From OCS116 cluster bacterium AG-390-I16 (GTDB taxonomy: Bacteria; Pseudomonadota; Alphaproteobacteria; MED-G09), in contig QCGZ01000003.1 in NCBI GenBank assembly GCA_003279705.1, positions 6,932 to 70,931 of the forward strand: DNA of 64,000 nucleotides. The letters run 5' to 3'. The notes beneath the pieces were generated by a model, which searched no databases, was not told where the DNA came from, and worked only from the letters and a program-made list of their open reading frames with translations. Made by a program: the position numbers and the translations under genes. This document shows positions 48,575 to 58,597 of this stretch, one piece after another. How positions within the stretch are numbered: position 1 is the stretch's first letter; each line of letters starts with the position of its first letter.

Positions 48575-50224
48575 TTAGTTAAAAAGTTCTGGGAGATATT
48601 TGATATAGTTTTTATATTTATCTATACCCTTTGTGTTTAATTTCATTCTTACTTGCGCATTGCTTGCTGTATTGGTTGATTTCTTATTTAAATGGAAGTC
48701 TTCCATTTCTTTCGTATAATTAATTTCAAGCCATTCTGTTAGTTTTGAGATTGTATGATTAAATTCGTGTATAATACTTTCATAAGATATCTTATAAATA
48801 TCCTTTTTATATTCTAAGTTCCAAAAATCCATTAATTCTGTATATTCATTGTAGTAGGTTTTTAAGGACTCAATATCATGTGTATATGCATTACCCTCAT
48901 CAAATCTCTGTTGATAAAGCGATAATAAATTATCATTTTTGTTTCTATATATATGAATTATTTTTGATTGAGGTAAAGCCCGTTGAATAATACCAATATT
49001 TAAAAAATTATAAGGCATTTTATCGATAAAATATTTAGACTCACCAAAACTATTTTTAATTTGATTAATATAATTTTCTCCTATTTTTGGCCAAATATCT
49101 TTATATGATGATATTAATACAGACTTAATATTACTTTTTTTTACTTCCTGTTGAGTCGCTCGTTCTAAATATTTTAATTCACCATATCCTTTTATACTAC
49201 TATGCATTGTTAAGATCTGTTCAAGTAGAGTTGAGCCTGTTCTTGGCATACCTATTATAAAAATTGGTTTCATTTTTATATTTTTAGTGTTTGTTATACT
49301 TTTGTAATTATCATTTACATATATTTTTTTTATCGATCTTATTAGTCTAATCTCTTTAGGAATTTCACTATTGAAATTTATAAATTTTGATCTATTTGCA
49401 ACTTTAAGGAATTTGGAGGCTTTTTTAAAATCATTCTCAGTATCATAAATTTTTGATAATCCAAAAGCATACTCATGCAAATCTTTATTAATTTTATTAT
49501 TAGCTATAAGATTTTCAATATTTTGAGTTATCTTATTTTTAGAACTAATTCCATTAATAAAGGCCAGAGACCTAAAAGCTTCTTTATTTGTTTTATTTAT
49601 TTTCAAAGCTTTTATATAATTTTCTTTAGATTTCTTTAAATCGCCTAGTGATTGATAAATTAGAGCAATATTTGTATACACATTTGAATTTTTGTTGCCT
49701 AATTTTATTGAAAGCTGATAATTTTTTTTTGCATCATCAAATAAATTTAACTCATGATAAATTGTTCCAATAATTGAATATGTATTAAAATTAAGTTTTA
49801 TTTTTTTATTTTTCTTAATCTTATTAATGTATTTAATAGCATCATGATTTTTATTGGTGATTCTTTGTAATTCAAGTTTTGTATTTATTGTCTCCAAATC
49901 CTCAGGATTTTTTGTTAAAATTTCATTAATTTTTAATTCAACATATTCATAATCTTTAATATGATTATTTTTTAATTTTATTAAATTTTTTTTTATATCT
50001 ATATTTTCATCAAATAGATTATCAACTTCTTCATAAAATTTTATCCCTTGATCGACTTGATTAAGATCAATATATAGCTCTGTAAGTAAATTCAATACCT
50101 CCAGGTTAACTTGTTTTTTTAGTAATACTTTACCAATCTTAATTGCTTCAGTTTTATTATTTTTTTTTATAAGTTTTTTAAATTCTTTAAAAGCTTCATC
50201 TTTTGTATATTTTCTTATCATCAA
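48575..50224 (-). CDS. TPR-repeat / sulfotransferase-domain protein (paralogue 3 of 3)
   Basis: N-terminal TPR-like Lys/Asn-rich helical repeats. The C-terminal domain has the PAPS 5-prime-phosphosulfate loop IFIIGMPRTGSTLLEQIL and the 3-prime-phosphate motif (R...S: IYRNKNDNLLSLYQQRF). Confidence 0.8.
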   Translation of the reverse strand: MMIRKYTKDEAFKEFKKLIKKNNKTEAIKIGKVLLKKQVNLEVLNLLTELYIDLNQVDQGIKFYEEVDNLFDENIDIKKNLIKLKNNHIKDYEYVELKINEILTKNPEDLETINTKLELQRITNKNHDAIKYINKIKKNKKIKLNFNTYSIIGTIYHELNLFDDAKKNYQLSIKLGNKNSNVYTNIALIYQSLGDLKKSKENYIKALKINKTNKEAFRSLAFINGISSKNKITQNIENLIANNKINKDLHEYAFGLSKIYDTENDFKKASKFLKVANRSKFINFNSEIPKEIRLIRSIKKIYVNDNYKSITNTKNIKMKPIFIIGMPRTGSTLLEQILTMHSSIKGYGELKYLERATQQEVKKSNIKSVLISSYKDIWPKIGENYINQIKNSFGESKYFIDKMPYNFLNIGIIQRALPQSKIIHIYRNKNDNLLSLYQQRFDEGNAYTHDIESLKTYYNEYTELMDFWNLEYKKDIYKISYESIIHEFNHTISKLTEWLEINYTKEMEDFHLNKKSTNTASNAQVRMKLNTKGIDKYKNYIKYLPELFN

Positions 50225-50228
50225 TTTA

Positions 50229-52049
50229 TCATTTAAATAATTCTGGGAGATGCTCTTTATAATTCATCCATTTCTCATTAGATTTTGTATATAATGGATT
50301 TCTTACCTGAATTTTACTTGTAGTTTTTACATTATTACTATTCTTATAAAAATTGATTGTATCGTTTGTAAATTCTAAATCAAGCCAGTCGAAAAGACTT
50401 TTAATTGTTGTATCAAAGTTATTTGTTATTTCTTCATAATTAATTCTGTAAATCTTTTCATTACATAGTTTATTCCATTTTTTCATCATCTTTTCATATT
50501 CCAAATAGTATGCTTTAATATTTTTTGCTTCAAAAGCATAACTCAACCCATCTGTAAAACGCTGTTGAAAGATTGATAAAACATTATCATTTTTATTTCT
50601 CTTTATATCTATGATTTTTGCTTCAGGAAATGCCACATTTATTAACCCAATATTTATAAAGTTTTGTGGTAATTTATCAGTAAGAAATCTTGTTTTGTCT
50701 TTGTTTAATGCTTTAATCATTTTTAGATATTCTTTTCTTATGCTTCTAAGAAAATCATCTGGATTTTTTTTATAATCTATCTCCTTAGTATATTTTTCAA
50801 TTAATTCAGGAAGAAATACAAGTTCTCCTGCAGCTGTGACTTCATTACTAGTATGCAAAACTTGTTCTAGAAGAGTTGATCCTGACCTAGGCATCCCTAC
50901 AATAAATATTGGTTTTATAGTATTTTCTTTAACCTTTATTTTTCGTATGTTTTGATAAAAATAAATTATATCTTCACAATTTTTTTTGAACTTCTCAATA
51001 GGAAAATTTTGATCTAAGTCAATATATTCGTTTGCCTTTTTTAAAAAATAAGCTGCTTTCTTAAAATTTTTTTTTCTGTCATAGACCGTGTAAAGAGCAA
51101 AGCCTAGAGATGCTCTATCTTCATTTTTACTGATTTTTTTAAATTCTTCCTCATAGAAATCAATATATTTTGAGTAATCAGTTAATTTTCCTGTATTTAC
51201 GAGATTTCTAAAAGATTCGTATGAGTCTTTTCTTACTTTAATTGCTTCTTTGTAGGCTTTTATTGCATTGTTGAAATCACCTATATGATCATAACAAATA
51301 CCCATATTGTGAAAGCTTTCTGATGTTTTTTGAATACTATTAGCTTTTTTAAAATTTAAAATAGCTTCTTTATCTTCATTTTGTTTATCAAGGCTTACAC
51401 CAAGATTTATATAAGCTTTATGACATAATTTATTAATCTTAATTGCTTTTTTAAAAATAATTTCTGCCTCATTATTTTTTTTATTTTCTAATAAAACTCT
51501 CCCATAATTTAGATGTAAGTCGTAATCGCTAGGTACTGTTTTTATACATCTTTCATAAAATTGTTCCGCTTTCGTATATTTTTTTTGTATGTAATAAATT
51601 TCTCCTAAATATAATAAAGATGGTATTCCTTTTGGTTGTATTTTTGTTGCTTTAATAAAGTAATTAATAGCTTCATTTAGATTATTTAAGTAAAAATTTA
51701 ATCTTCCTAAATTATGATTTACACCGTATGAATTTGGAAAAGTAGTCTTCGCATGGTTTAGATAATATTCAGATTCATCTAATCTTTTTTCTTCAATTAA
51801 TCGGGTTGATAAATTTATAAAAGATTTCTCATTCACAGAGATTGCTAAGGATTTTTTATAATAATCTATTTCTAAGTCATAATTTTTTTCGTTTTTAGCT
51901 ATTGTTGCTAACATTATAAAAAGATTATCCTCATTTAATCCCTTTTTTAGCAACGCTAATAGAATTTTTTTTGCTTCCTTGTATTCTTTATTATTGAATA
52001 GCTCATTTGCTTTAATTTTTGCCTCTAATGAAGTATATTTTTTTTTCAT
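50229..52049 (-). CDS. TPR-repeat / sulfotransferase-domain protein (paralogue 2 of 3)
   Basis: Same architecture: TPRs, then IFIVGMPRSGSTLLEQVL and IKRNKNDNVLSIFQQRF. 4-bp gap to the downstream paralogue. Confidence 0.8.
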   Translation of the reverse strand: MKKKYTSLEAKIKANELFNNKEYKEAKKILLALLKKGLNEDNLFIMLATIAKNEKNYDLEIDYYKKSLAISVNEKSFINLSTRLIEEKRLDESEYYLNHAKTTFPNSYGVNHNLGRLNFYLNNLNEAINYFIKATKIQPKGIPSLLYLGEIYYIQKKYTKAEQFYERCIKTVPSDYDLHLNYGRVLLENKKNNEAEIIFKKAIKINKLCHKAYINLGVSLDKQNEDKEAILNFKKANSIQKTSESFHNMGICYDHIGDFNNAIKAYKEAIKVRKDSYESFRNLVNTGKLTDYSKYIDFYEEEFKKISKNEDRASLGFALYTVYDRKKNFKKAAYFLKKANEYIDLDQNFPIEKFKKNCEDIIYFYQNIRKIKVKENTIKPIFIVGMPRSGSTLLEQVLHTSNEVTAAGELVFLPELIEKYTKEIDYKKNPDDFLRSIRKEYLKMIKALNKDKTRFLTDKLPQNFINIGLINVAFPEAKIIDIKRNKNDNVLSIFQQRFTDGLSYAFEAKNIKAYYLEYEKMMKKWNKLCNEKIYRINYEEITNNFDTTIKSLFDWLDLEFTNDTINFYKNSNNVKTTSKIQVRNPLYTKSNEKWMNYKEHLPELFK

Positions 52050-54092
52050 TTAATCAAGCTCTGTAAATAAGTCTGGAATAAAATCTTCATAATTTTTCCA
52101 TTTATTGATTGAATTATTAAAAATTTCTTTTCTTACATTAACGTTGCTGGCTGTTTTGACTATTCTTTGATTATTTTCTATTTTTTTCATATCTTCAGAG
52201 TATGATAGGCCTAGCCATTTAATTAAATCACCCAAACTTTCATCTGGATTATGGATAATATCTTCATACGAGATATTAAATATTTTTTTTGCATATTTTT
52301 CATTCCACAGCTGCATCATTTCGCTATATTTCTTATAATAAAATTTAATTTCTTCAGTATTATAAGCATATTGATGAAGACCAATAAATTTAGTTTGAAA
52401 TAAAGATAAGCAATTATCATTTTTATCTCTTTTAATATGTATAATTTTAGCATTATGAAGAGTATTTAAAATGATATGCGCATATATAAAATTTCCCGGT
52501 AGTTTGTCTGTAATAAATGGCTTATTATATTTATTAATTTTTTTTATATTTTCGGTATAGTGGCTATATATTTTATCCCATTGATCTTGATTAATTTTTT
52601 GATCTGTTTTATTTTCGATCAAATTTTCCATTAATCCGCTTAATTCAATTGCTTTAGGCATAAAGGTTAGCTCTCCAGCACCAAAAATATCCTCATGATT
52701 AGATAGTATTTGCTCTAAAAGGGTTGTCCCAGATCTTGGTAGCCCAATAATAAATATAGGGCAGGGGTCGCTGCTGTTTTTTACCAAATTAGGATTTATA
52801 TCATTAAACCCTGACATTATATCGATTATTTTTTTTGTTGTTTGATTGGAGAATTTTATTGTTTTTCTATAATCACTGTTTGCTTGAATTAAATATCTAG
52901 AAGAGTCTTTATATAATTTATTATCACCATAAACTTTTGCAAGCGCAAATGCCATTGATGACTTGTTATCTAAGAGCTTAAGTTTGTCTAGGTTTTTTTC
53001 TGCTTTGATAATTAGCGGGTCATCTATTTTTAATTTCTCTGTATAACTTAGCGCAAGAAGCGAGTCCCCATAATTCGGTTCTAGATTGACGGCTTTTCTA
53101 AATAATTTTTTTGCTTCATCTATAAGACCCATTTGTTGGTATGCAGTTGCTTTATTATGAATGATTTTGACATTTTCAGGAACAATTTTTAATGCCTCAT
53201 CAAATTTTTCAATAGCAGGTTCTCCTTTATTAATCTTCAAAAATAATGTTCCAATATTTGATAATAACTCAGGATTATTACCATTAATTTTTAAAGCTCT
53301 TTGATAGAAGGTAATTGCTTCCTCATAAGCCTCTATTTTTTGAAGGCAATTACCTGTATTTACTAATGAATCAAAAAAGGAAGGATTTATTTTTAATGCT
53401 TTATCAAAATTAATTAATGCTTTACGCAAATTATTCATCTCACTATATGCCATTCCAATTCCATTGTAACCAATTGCATAATCAGGTAGGATTTTTATAG
53501 TTTTATTGTAAAAATTAATTGAATTTTCATAATTTTTATTTTTAAAGTATAAGGAAGCTATTTCAGTTAATAATATTATATCTTCTTGATTATTTTCGAG
53601 ACCTTTTTTCAAATAATTTAACGCTGAATCAAAATTATTAATTTTTGCATATGAATTAGAAATTAAGATTAATACATCTTTTTCAATAGTTTTACTTTTA
53701 TCTATAAATTTTTTTAGATACTTAATAGAATAGTCATACTCATTTAATGAGTGATAAATTATTCCAAGATTTTTATATGGAAATAAATTTTTCTCATCAT
53801 AATTAATTGATTTTTTAAAAGCTATAATAGCTTGTTCATTTTTTTTTGTATTATAGTAAGCACTACCCAATGCATTATATATTTCTGAATTATTGTTTTT
53901 AATGCTAATACCCTTTTTAAATGATTTAATTGCTTCATTATAATTATTTTGAGAACTTTCAATTAGACCTTTTAAGAACCAAATTTCCGAGCTTTTTTTT
54001 GATTTTGAGAAATTTATATGAAGAATTTCCCTTGCCTCAAGGACTCTTCCTTCACCAAAAAAATTTATAGCTTTTTTAATTTCTTTATTCAT
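52050..54092 (-). CDS. TPR-repeat / sulfotransferase-domain protein (paralogue 1 of 3, longest TPR array)
   Basis: TPRs (AYYNTKKNEQAIIAFKKSINYD...), then IFIIGLPRSGTTLLEQIL and IKRDKNDNCLSLFQTKF. Its stop abuts the next paralogue's start codon. Confidence 0.8.
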   Translation of the reverse strand: MNKEIKKAINFFGEGRVLEAREILHINFSKSKKSSEIWFLKGLIESSQNNYNEAIKSFKKGISIKNNNSEIYNALGSAYYNTKKNEQAIIAFKKSINYDEKNLFPYKNLGIIYHSLNEYDYSIKYLKKFIDKSKTIEKDVLILISNSYAKINNFDSALNYLKKGLENNQEDIILLTEIASLYFKNKNYENSINFYNKTIKILPDYAIGYNGIGMAYSEMNNLRKALINFDKALKINPSFFDSLVNTGNCLQKIEAYEEAITFYQRALKINGNNPELLSNIGTLFLKINKGEPAIEKFDEALKIVPENVKIIHNKATAYQQMGLIDEAKKLFRKAVNLEPNYGDSLLALSYTEKLKIDDPLIIKAEKNLDKLKLLDNKSSMAFALAKVYGDNKLYKDSSRYLIQANSDYRKTIKFSNQTTKKIIDIMSGFNDINPNLVKNSSDPCPIFIIGLPRSGTTLLEQILSNHEDIFGAGELTFMPKAIELSGLMENLIENKTDQKINQDQWDKIYSHYTENIKKINKYNKPFITDKLPGNFIYAHIILNTLHNAKIIHIKRDKNDNCLSLFQTKFIGLHQYAYNTEEIKFYYKKYSEMMQLWNEKYAKKIFNISYEDIIHNPDESLGDLIKWLGLSYSEDMKKIENNQRIVKTASNVNVRKEIFNNSINKWKNYEDFIPDLFTELD

Positions 54093-54167
54093 TAAATTAT
54101 TTATTTATCTTTTTTTAAAATAATATCATTATATATGTATCATTGTATTTTAAATAATTAAGAATAT

Positions 54168-55163
54168 CTATTCACGAAAAGCTTTTTGAGATAATTTTGT
54201 TATTGGAGAAAATACATAAGAAATCACAGATCTTTTTTCTCCAAGAATTGAAGCCTCAACCTGCATGCCTGATTGTAAACTAATCTTTTTAAGTCTTTCA
54301 TCATTAATAACTGTTATTCTCGCTATGTATACTGGTGGGTTATTTTCTGATGTTTGTGTTGTAGTTGGAGATATCTTGCCTACTATTCCAGCGTAAGATC
54401 CATATACTGAGGCATCATATGCACTAAAGTATATATTAGCTTTTTGGCCTTCATTAACTGAAGCAATGTCTTTAGTCATTATTCCAACTTCTATTACTAA
54501 TTGATCATCATCTGCAACCATTTGCGCAAGTTGCTCACCTCTCCTTATAACCTGTCCTTCAGTAGTCACATCAACATTATTAATAATTCCATCTACAGGA
54601 GCTTTAATAAGACTTTTTTCATATTTTTGTTTAAATGCATTATATCTTTTTTTTGCATCCCCTAATGAAAGTTTTTCATCTAATAACCTTACCTCAGCTT
54701 CTGAACCGCTTAGTACAAGTTTTTCTAGTATTTCAACTTTTCTTTCTCTTGTTTCAACCTCATTTAATGTTATTTCATAATCTGATTTGGCTTGTTCATG
54801 ATCAATTCCAAATAAAACATCACCTTTTTTAACAACCTGACCTAAATCAGCATTTATATTGTCTACTACCCCATCAAACGCACTCTGAAGTACTTGAATT
54901 TTTGATGATGGTATTACCTCGCCCTGAGCTCTTACCACTTGATTTACTTTTGCTAATGAGCCCCAAATTATTACTGTAAGAAATGCTATCGAAATAAAAT
55001 TCAATAATAATGTTGATCTTTTAAATGATTGAAATTGGCTTAATTTGTAAAGTCCTTCATCTACACTTTCTGAATGAAGTTTTTCAGCAATTTTATCAGG
55101 AAAGAGACGTATTTTTTTAACTATTTCAATGATTATATTTTTTATTTTATTTAAGAATATCAT
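54168..55163 (-). CDS. HlyD-family membrane fusion protein (type I secretion periplasmic adaptor)
   Basis: N-terminal single TM (LLLNFISIAFLTVIIWGSLA), coiled-coil, then a beta-rich C-terminal region. It starts 1 bp after the ABC gene stop. Confidence 0.75.
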   Translation of the reverse strand: MIFLNKIKNIIIEIVKKIRLFPDKIAEKLHSESVDEGLYKLSQFQSFKRSTLLLNFISIAFLTVIIWGSLAKVNQVVRAQGEVIPSSKIQVLQSAFDGVVDNINADLGQVVKKGDVLFGIDHEQAKSDYEITLNEVETRERKVEILEKLVLSGSEAEVRLLDEKLSLGDAKKRYNAFKQKYEKSLIKAPVDGIINNVDVTTEGQVIRRGEQLAQMVADDDQLVIEVGIMTKDIASVNEGQKANIYFSAYDASVYGSYAGIVGKISPTTTQTSENNPPVYIARITVINDERLKKISLQSGMQVEASILGEKRSVISYVFSPITKLSQKAFRE

Positions 55164-55164
55164 T

Positions 55165-56871
55165 TCAGTCTAATTGCCCCTTGTTTGCTCTTTGAACAAC
55201 TTGGTCAATTGGTCCATCAACCATAATGTTACCATTACCTATAACGATTGTTCTATCAGTAAGTCCAAGTAAAGAATTTTTATGTGTTGTTAAAATTAAG
55301 GTCAAATTTTTTGAAAACTCCTTTATATTCATAATAAAGTTCTTTTCGGTTTCTCCATCCATTGAACTTGTTGGCTCATCCATAATTAATATTTTTGGCT
55401 CTCTTATAATTGCCCTAGCAATAGCAATAGTTTGACGTTGACCTTCGGATAGATTCCTACCATGTTCACCTAAAACAAAATCATATCCATTTGGTAGTCT
55501 TCCTATAAATTCATGACAGCCTGAAATTTTTGCAGCAATTTCTACTTTTTCCATTGTTGGATTATCAATACCAGCTGTTATATTCTCAAAAATTGTCCCT
55601 GAAAACAATTGAGTTTTTTGAGGAACATACGCAATTGCTCTTCTTAATTCTTCCCCAGAGATATTGTTGATATCAAAACCATCGATAAAAATCTGGCCAT
55701 TTTCTACCTTATTAAATCCAACTAAACATTTTAATAATGTAGATTTTCCTCCTCCTATTGGTCCTAATATTGATACTTTCTCCCCAGCATTTATTTTTAA
55801 ATTTATATTTTCTAAAATAGATCTTCCATCATTTATAAAATTAAGTTTTTCAAGATTAAAGGATCCATTTGCTATTGCAATAGTATGAGATTCGGCATCA
55901 AATTTTTCATCAATTGATTCCTCTTTCATCAGATGATCGAGCCTTTTATAGGCTGCTAAGGTATTATTTAATCTTGAAAAAACTTGGCCAAGTTGTGCTA
56001 GTGGCGCCATACATCTTCCTGATAAAATAATACAAGCAATTAATGCACCCATGCTTAGGTCTGCGCTAGCAATTAAGAAAACTCCATAAAAGACCATACC
56101 GTTTTGGCTTAGTTGTTGAGAAGTTTGAGAGAAAATAACCGCTATATTAGAAACGGTTTTGTTGATAATTGATACTGAGTTTTGTTCAATAACAGCTTTT
56201 TTCCATCTTTTGCTTAAAAAACTACCACCCGAAGATGTTTTTACTGCTTCTAGATTATTTAGAAGCTCTATTAACGTGTGCATTTTTGTACTTGAAGTTT
56301 TTATATGTTTTTCAGAATAAACCTTTAAAAAAGGAATTACCGTTGCTGAAACAATAAGAACAAGTGGAATTATTAATAGAGGAACAATAACTATATTACC
56401 GCCAATTGACCACAAAACAGCAAGAAAAAGAAACATAAAAGGAACATCAACTAATAAAACCATTGTTTGAGAACCAAAAAAATCTCTTACTCCATCAAAT
56501 TCTCTAACAGTAGAAGTAATATTATTTGCATTTTGGGATAGCTCCCCGGCTTCATGCGAAACAAACTTTTTAAATAATTTATCAGCAATATTATCATCTA
56601 AAAGGCTGCTTCCTACATCAGCAAAATAACCCCTTATAAGTTTTGTAATAAAATCAAAAACAACAATTACAACAATACCTATTGTAAGTGCATATAAAGA
56701 GTCGAATGCATTATTTGGAATGACTCTATCATAAACAGTCATTACATAGAAAGCTCCAAAAAGAGCAAAAATATTTATAACAAAAGAGGCAATGAGAATT
56801 TGGATATATATTTTTTTATTCGATCTCACTGCTCCCCAAAACCAATGCTCTTTATCCTGAATAGATGACAT
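55165..56871 (-). CDS. type I secretion system ABC transporter (PrtD/AprD/RsaD type; no C39 peptidase domain)
   Basis: 568 aa. 6-TM N-terminal domain, then an NBD with Walker A GPIGGGKST, signature LSEGQRQ and Walker B ILIMDE. The length and the absence of a peptidase/CLD domain match PrtD-type exporters. Confidence 0.85.
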   Translation of the reverse strand: MSSIQDKEHWFWGAVRSNKKIYIQILIASFVINIFALFGAFYVMTVYDRVIPNNAFDSLYALTIGIVVIVVFDFITKLIRGYFADVGSSLLDDNIADKLFKKFVSHEAGELSQNANNITSTVREFDGVRDFFGSQTMVLLVDVPFMFLFLAVLWSIGGNIVIVPLLIIPLVLIVSATVIPFLKVYSEKHIKTSSTKMHTLIELLNNLEAVKTSSGGSFLSKRWKKAVIEQNSVSIINKTVSNIAVIFSQTSQQLSQNGMVFYGVFLIASADLSMGALIACIILSGRCMAPLAQLGQVFSRLNNTLAAYKRLDHLMKEESIDEKFDAESHTIAIANGSFNLEKLNFINDGRSILENINLKINAGEKVSILGPIGGGKSTLLKCLVGFNKVENGQIFIDGFDINNISGEELRRAIAYVPQKTQLFSGTIFENITAGIDNPTMEKVEIAAKISGCHEFIGRLPNGYDFVLGEHGRNLSEGQRQTIAIARAIIREPKILIMDEPTSSMDGETEKNFIMNIKEFSKNLTLILTTHKNSLLGLTDRTIVIGNGNIMVDGPIDQVVQRANKGQLD

Positions 56872-56882
56872 AGTTATTTTCC

Positions 56883-58250
56883 TTATAATTTTAACCTAAA
56901 ACGGCTTAGAAGATCTGTTTCAGCATGGCTAATTTGAAGATCTAAATTTAAAATTTGGATTTCAGTATTTAATAGATTTGAGAAAGTTGAACACTCTTGC
57001 GCGATTAATTCACTTAAAGCAACAGCCGAATAATTACTAACTGCCATTCTAGAGTTTAAGATTTCCTCTTGTTTTCTACTATTTTTTAATGATTGAATTA
57101 TATTTGATCGTGCATTAATTAATCCCTCAAGTTGTTTTTTCATTCCAATAGTAAGAGTTGACATTTCAAGTTTAACAGCTTCTTTATCCCATAGAATTTG
57201 ATTTGAGGTAGATCTTGCAGCTGCTACTGCATTTTTTCCTCTACCAAAGGTAAAGATTGGCATATTAAAATATACACCACCTTTTAAATCAAATTCATCG
57301 CCTTCTTTATTTAAATCATATCTTATGTATTTGATATTAAAACCAAAATTAGGCAAATATGGAGAGCGTGCAATTTTAATTTGTTCTTTAGATTCTTTAT
57401 ATTCATAATCTGCAATCATTTCTTGATACGATATACCTCTAATTTCATTAATATTTATATGATTTATTATTGGAATAACTGGAACAATATTTGCATCAAA
57501 AGGTTGTCTAAAGAAAAGTAGATAAGCATTTTGCGATGATAAGAACTCAGCTTTAGTTTGCGCAAGTGTTATTGAAAGATTGTTATATCGCATTTCAACT
57601 AAGGCAAGGTCTTCAGGTTGAGAAATTCCTGCTTGAACTCTAACTTCTACAGATTGGATAATTTCTCTTATTTCCAATAACCTTTTAGTTAAGTAGTCGA
57701 CTAAAATCCCTTGATTCATTGCTTTTAAGAAAATTTCATTTGCTTTTAAAACTAATGTTGATGCATTTTCTGTTAATGCTATTGAGGAGGATTCAAAAAC
57801 ATTCCTTGCAGACCTTACGTTTGCATTAAGTTTACCCCCTGAGTAAATTGCCTGATTTATTTCTACAATTGCATCTAAGCTATCATCTTGAATTTTTCTA
57901 ATAGAATTAATATCTTTAACTCTTCTATCTAAAACATTCTCATTTCTTAAACTACTTACAATATTTGGAAGTCTATCCGAACGTGCATAACCAAGACTAA
58001 ATTTTGAAGATGATTTCCCCGCTACTGATGCTTTAAATTCAGGTTGATTAATAACTGCACTTTTAATTATATCGATATAGTCATTTATTTGAATTTCTAC
58101 ACCATAATCTTTAGTAAAAATAAATGCCTCTATTTCTTTATTATTATCATCTAAAGATAAATTACTATTGTCAGTATAAGCAAAAGATTGAAAATTTATA
58201 AAAAATGATAATACAAAGCAGAACTTAAATATATGAAATTTTTTTATCAT
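56883..58250 (-). CDS. TolC-like outer-membrane efflux protein (T1SS outer-membrane component)
   Basis: Signal peptide MIKKFHIFKFCFVLSFFINFQSFA. 455 aa with two-repeat OEP-like coiled-coil/beta organisation. 11-bp gap to the ABC gene. Confidence 0.75.
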   Translation of the reverse strand: MIKKFHIFKFCFVLSFFINFQSFAYTDNSNLSLDDNNKEIEAFIFTKDYGVEIQINDYIDIIKSAVINQPEFKASVAGKSSSKFSLGYARSDRLPNIVSSLRNENVLDRRVKDINSIRKIQDDSLDAIVEINQAIYSGGKLNANVRSARNVFESSSIALTENASTLVLKANEIFLKAMNQGILVDYLTKRLLEIREIIQSVEVRVQAGISQPEDLALVEMRYNNLSITLAQTKAEFLSSQNAYLLFFRQPFDANIVPVIPIINHININEIRGISYQEMIADYEYKESKEQIKIARSPYLPNFGFNIKYIRYDLNKEGDEFDLKGGVYFNMPIFTFGRGKNAVAAARSTSNQILWDKEAVKLEMSTLTIGMKKQLEGLINARSNIIQSLKNSRKQEEILNSRMAVSNYSAVALSELIAQECSTFSNLLNTEIQILNLDLQISHAETDLLSRFRLKL

Positions 58251-58259
58251 TTTAAAATG

Positions 58260-58550
58260 TTAATCAATAATCTCTATTTCTTCATCGTCCTTTGTTTTTT
58301 TATTTTTGGAAGTTTCTTTTTTTGATTTACCCCCATTTGCTTCACTAGCAGCGGCTTCTTGAGCTTCTTTTACCTTTTCATTTAATTCAGTAACACCAGA
58401 GGCAAGTTTATTAACTATTTCTCCAATCTTTGCAGCAGGAATTTCTATTGTTTCAAGATTTTCCATAACTCCTTCTGGATTCATTTTTTGACCCTGAATT
58501 CTTACTATTCCTAAATTAATTGATATTGATGTTATATCGTCAATAAGCAT
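58260..58550 (-). CDS. hypothetical small charged protein, first gene of the T1SS operon
   Basis: 96 aa, no signal peptide or TM. Coiled-coil-like, Lys-rich middle and acidic C-terminus (DDEEIEIID). GGGAG Shine-Dalgarno 6 nt upstream of the ATG. 9-bp gap to tolC. Confidence 0.5.
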   Translation of the reverse strand: MLIDDITSISINLGIVRIQGQKMNPEGVMENLETIEIPAAKIGEIVNKLASGVTELNEKVKEAQEAAASEANGGKSKKETSKNKKTKDDEEIEIID

Positions 58551-58597
58551 TATTTTCTCCCATTATGATTTAATTAATATTAAAATCTCTAATTCTA

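Noticed and set aside
58551-58590. GG (double-glycine) leader-like motif in the 96-aa protein suggesting a RaxX-type processed peptide
   Set aside because: The ABC exporter in this operon lacks the C39 peptidase domain needed to cleave GG leaders, and the GG lies near the C-terminus rather than after an N-terminal leader.
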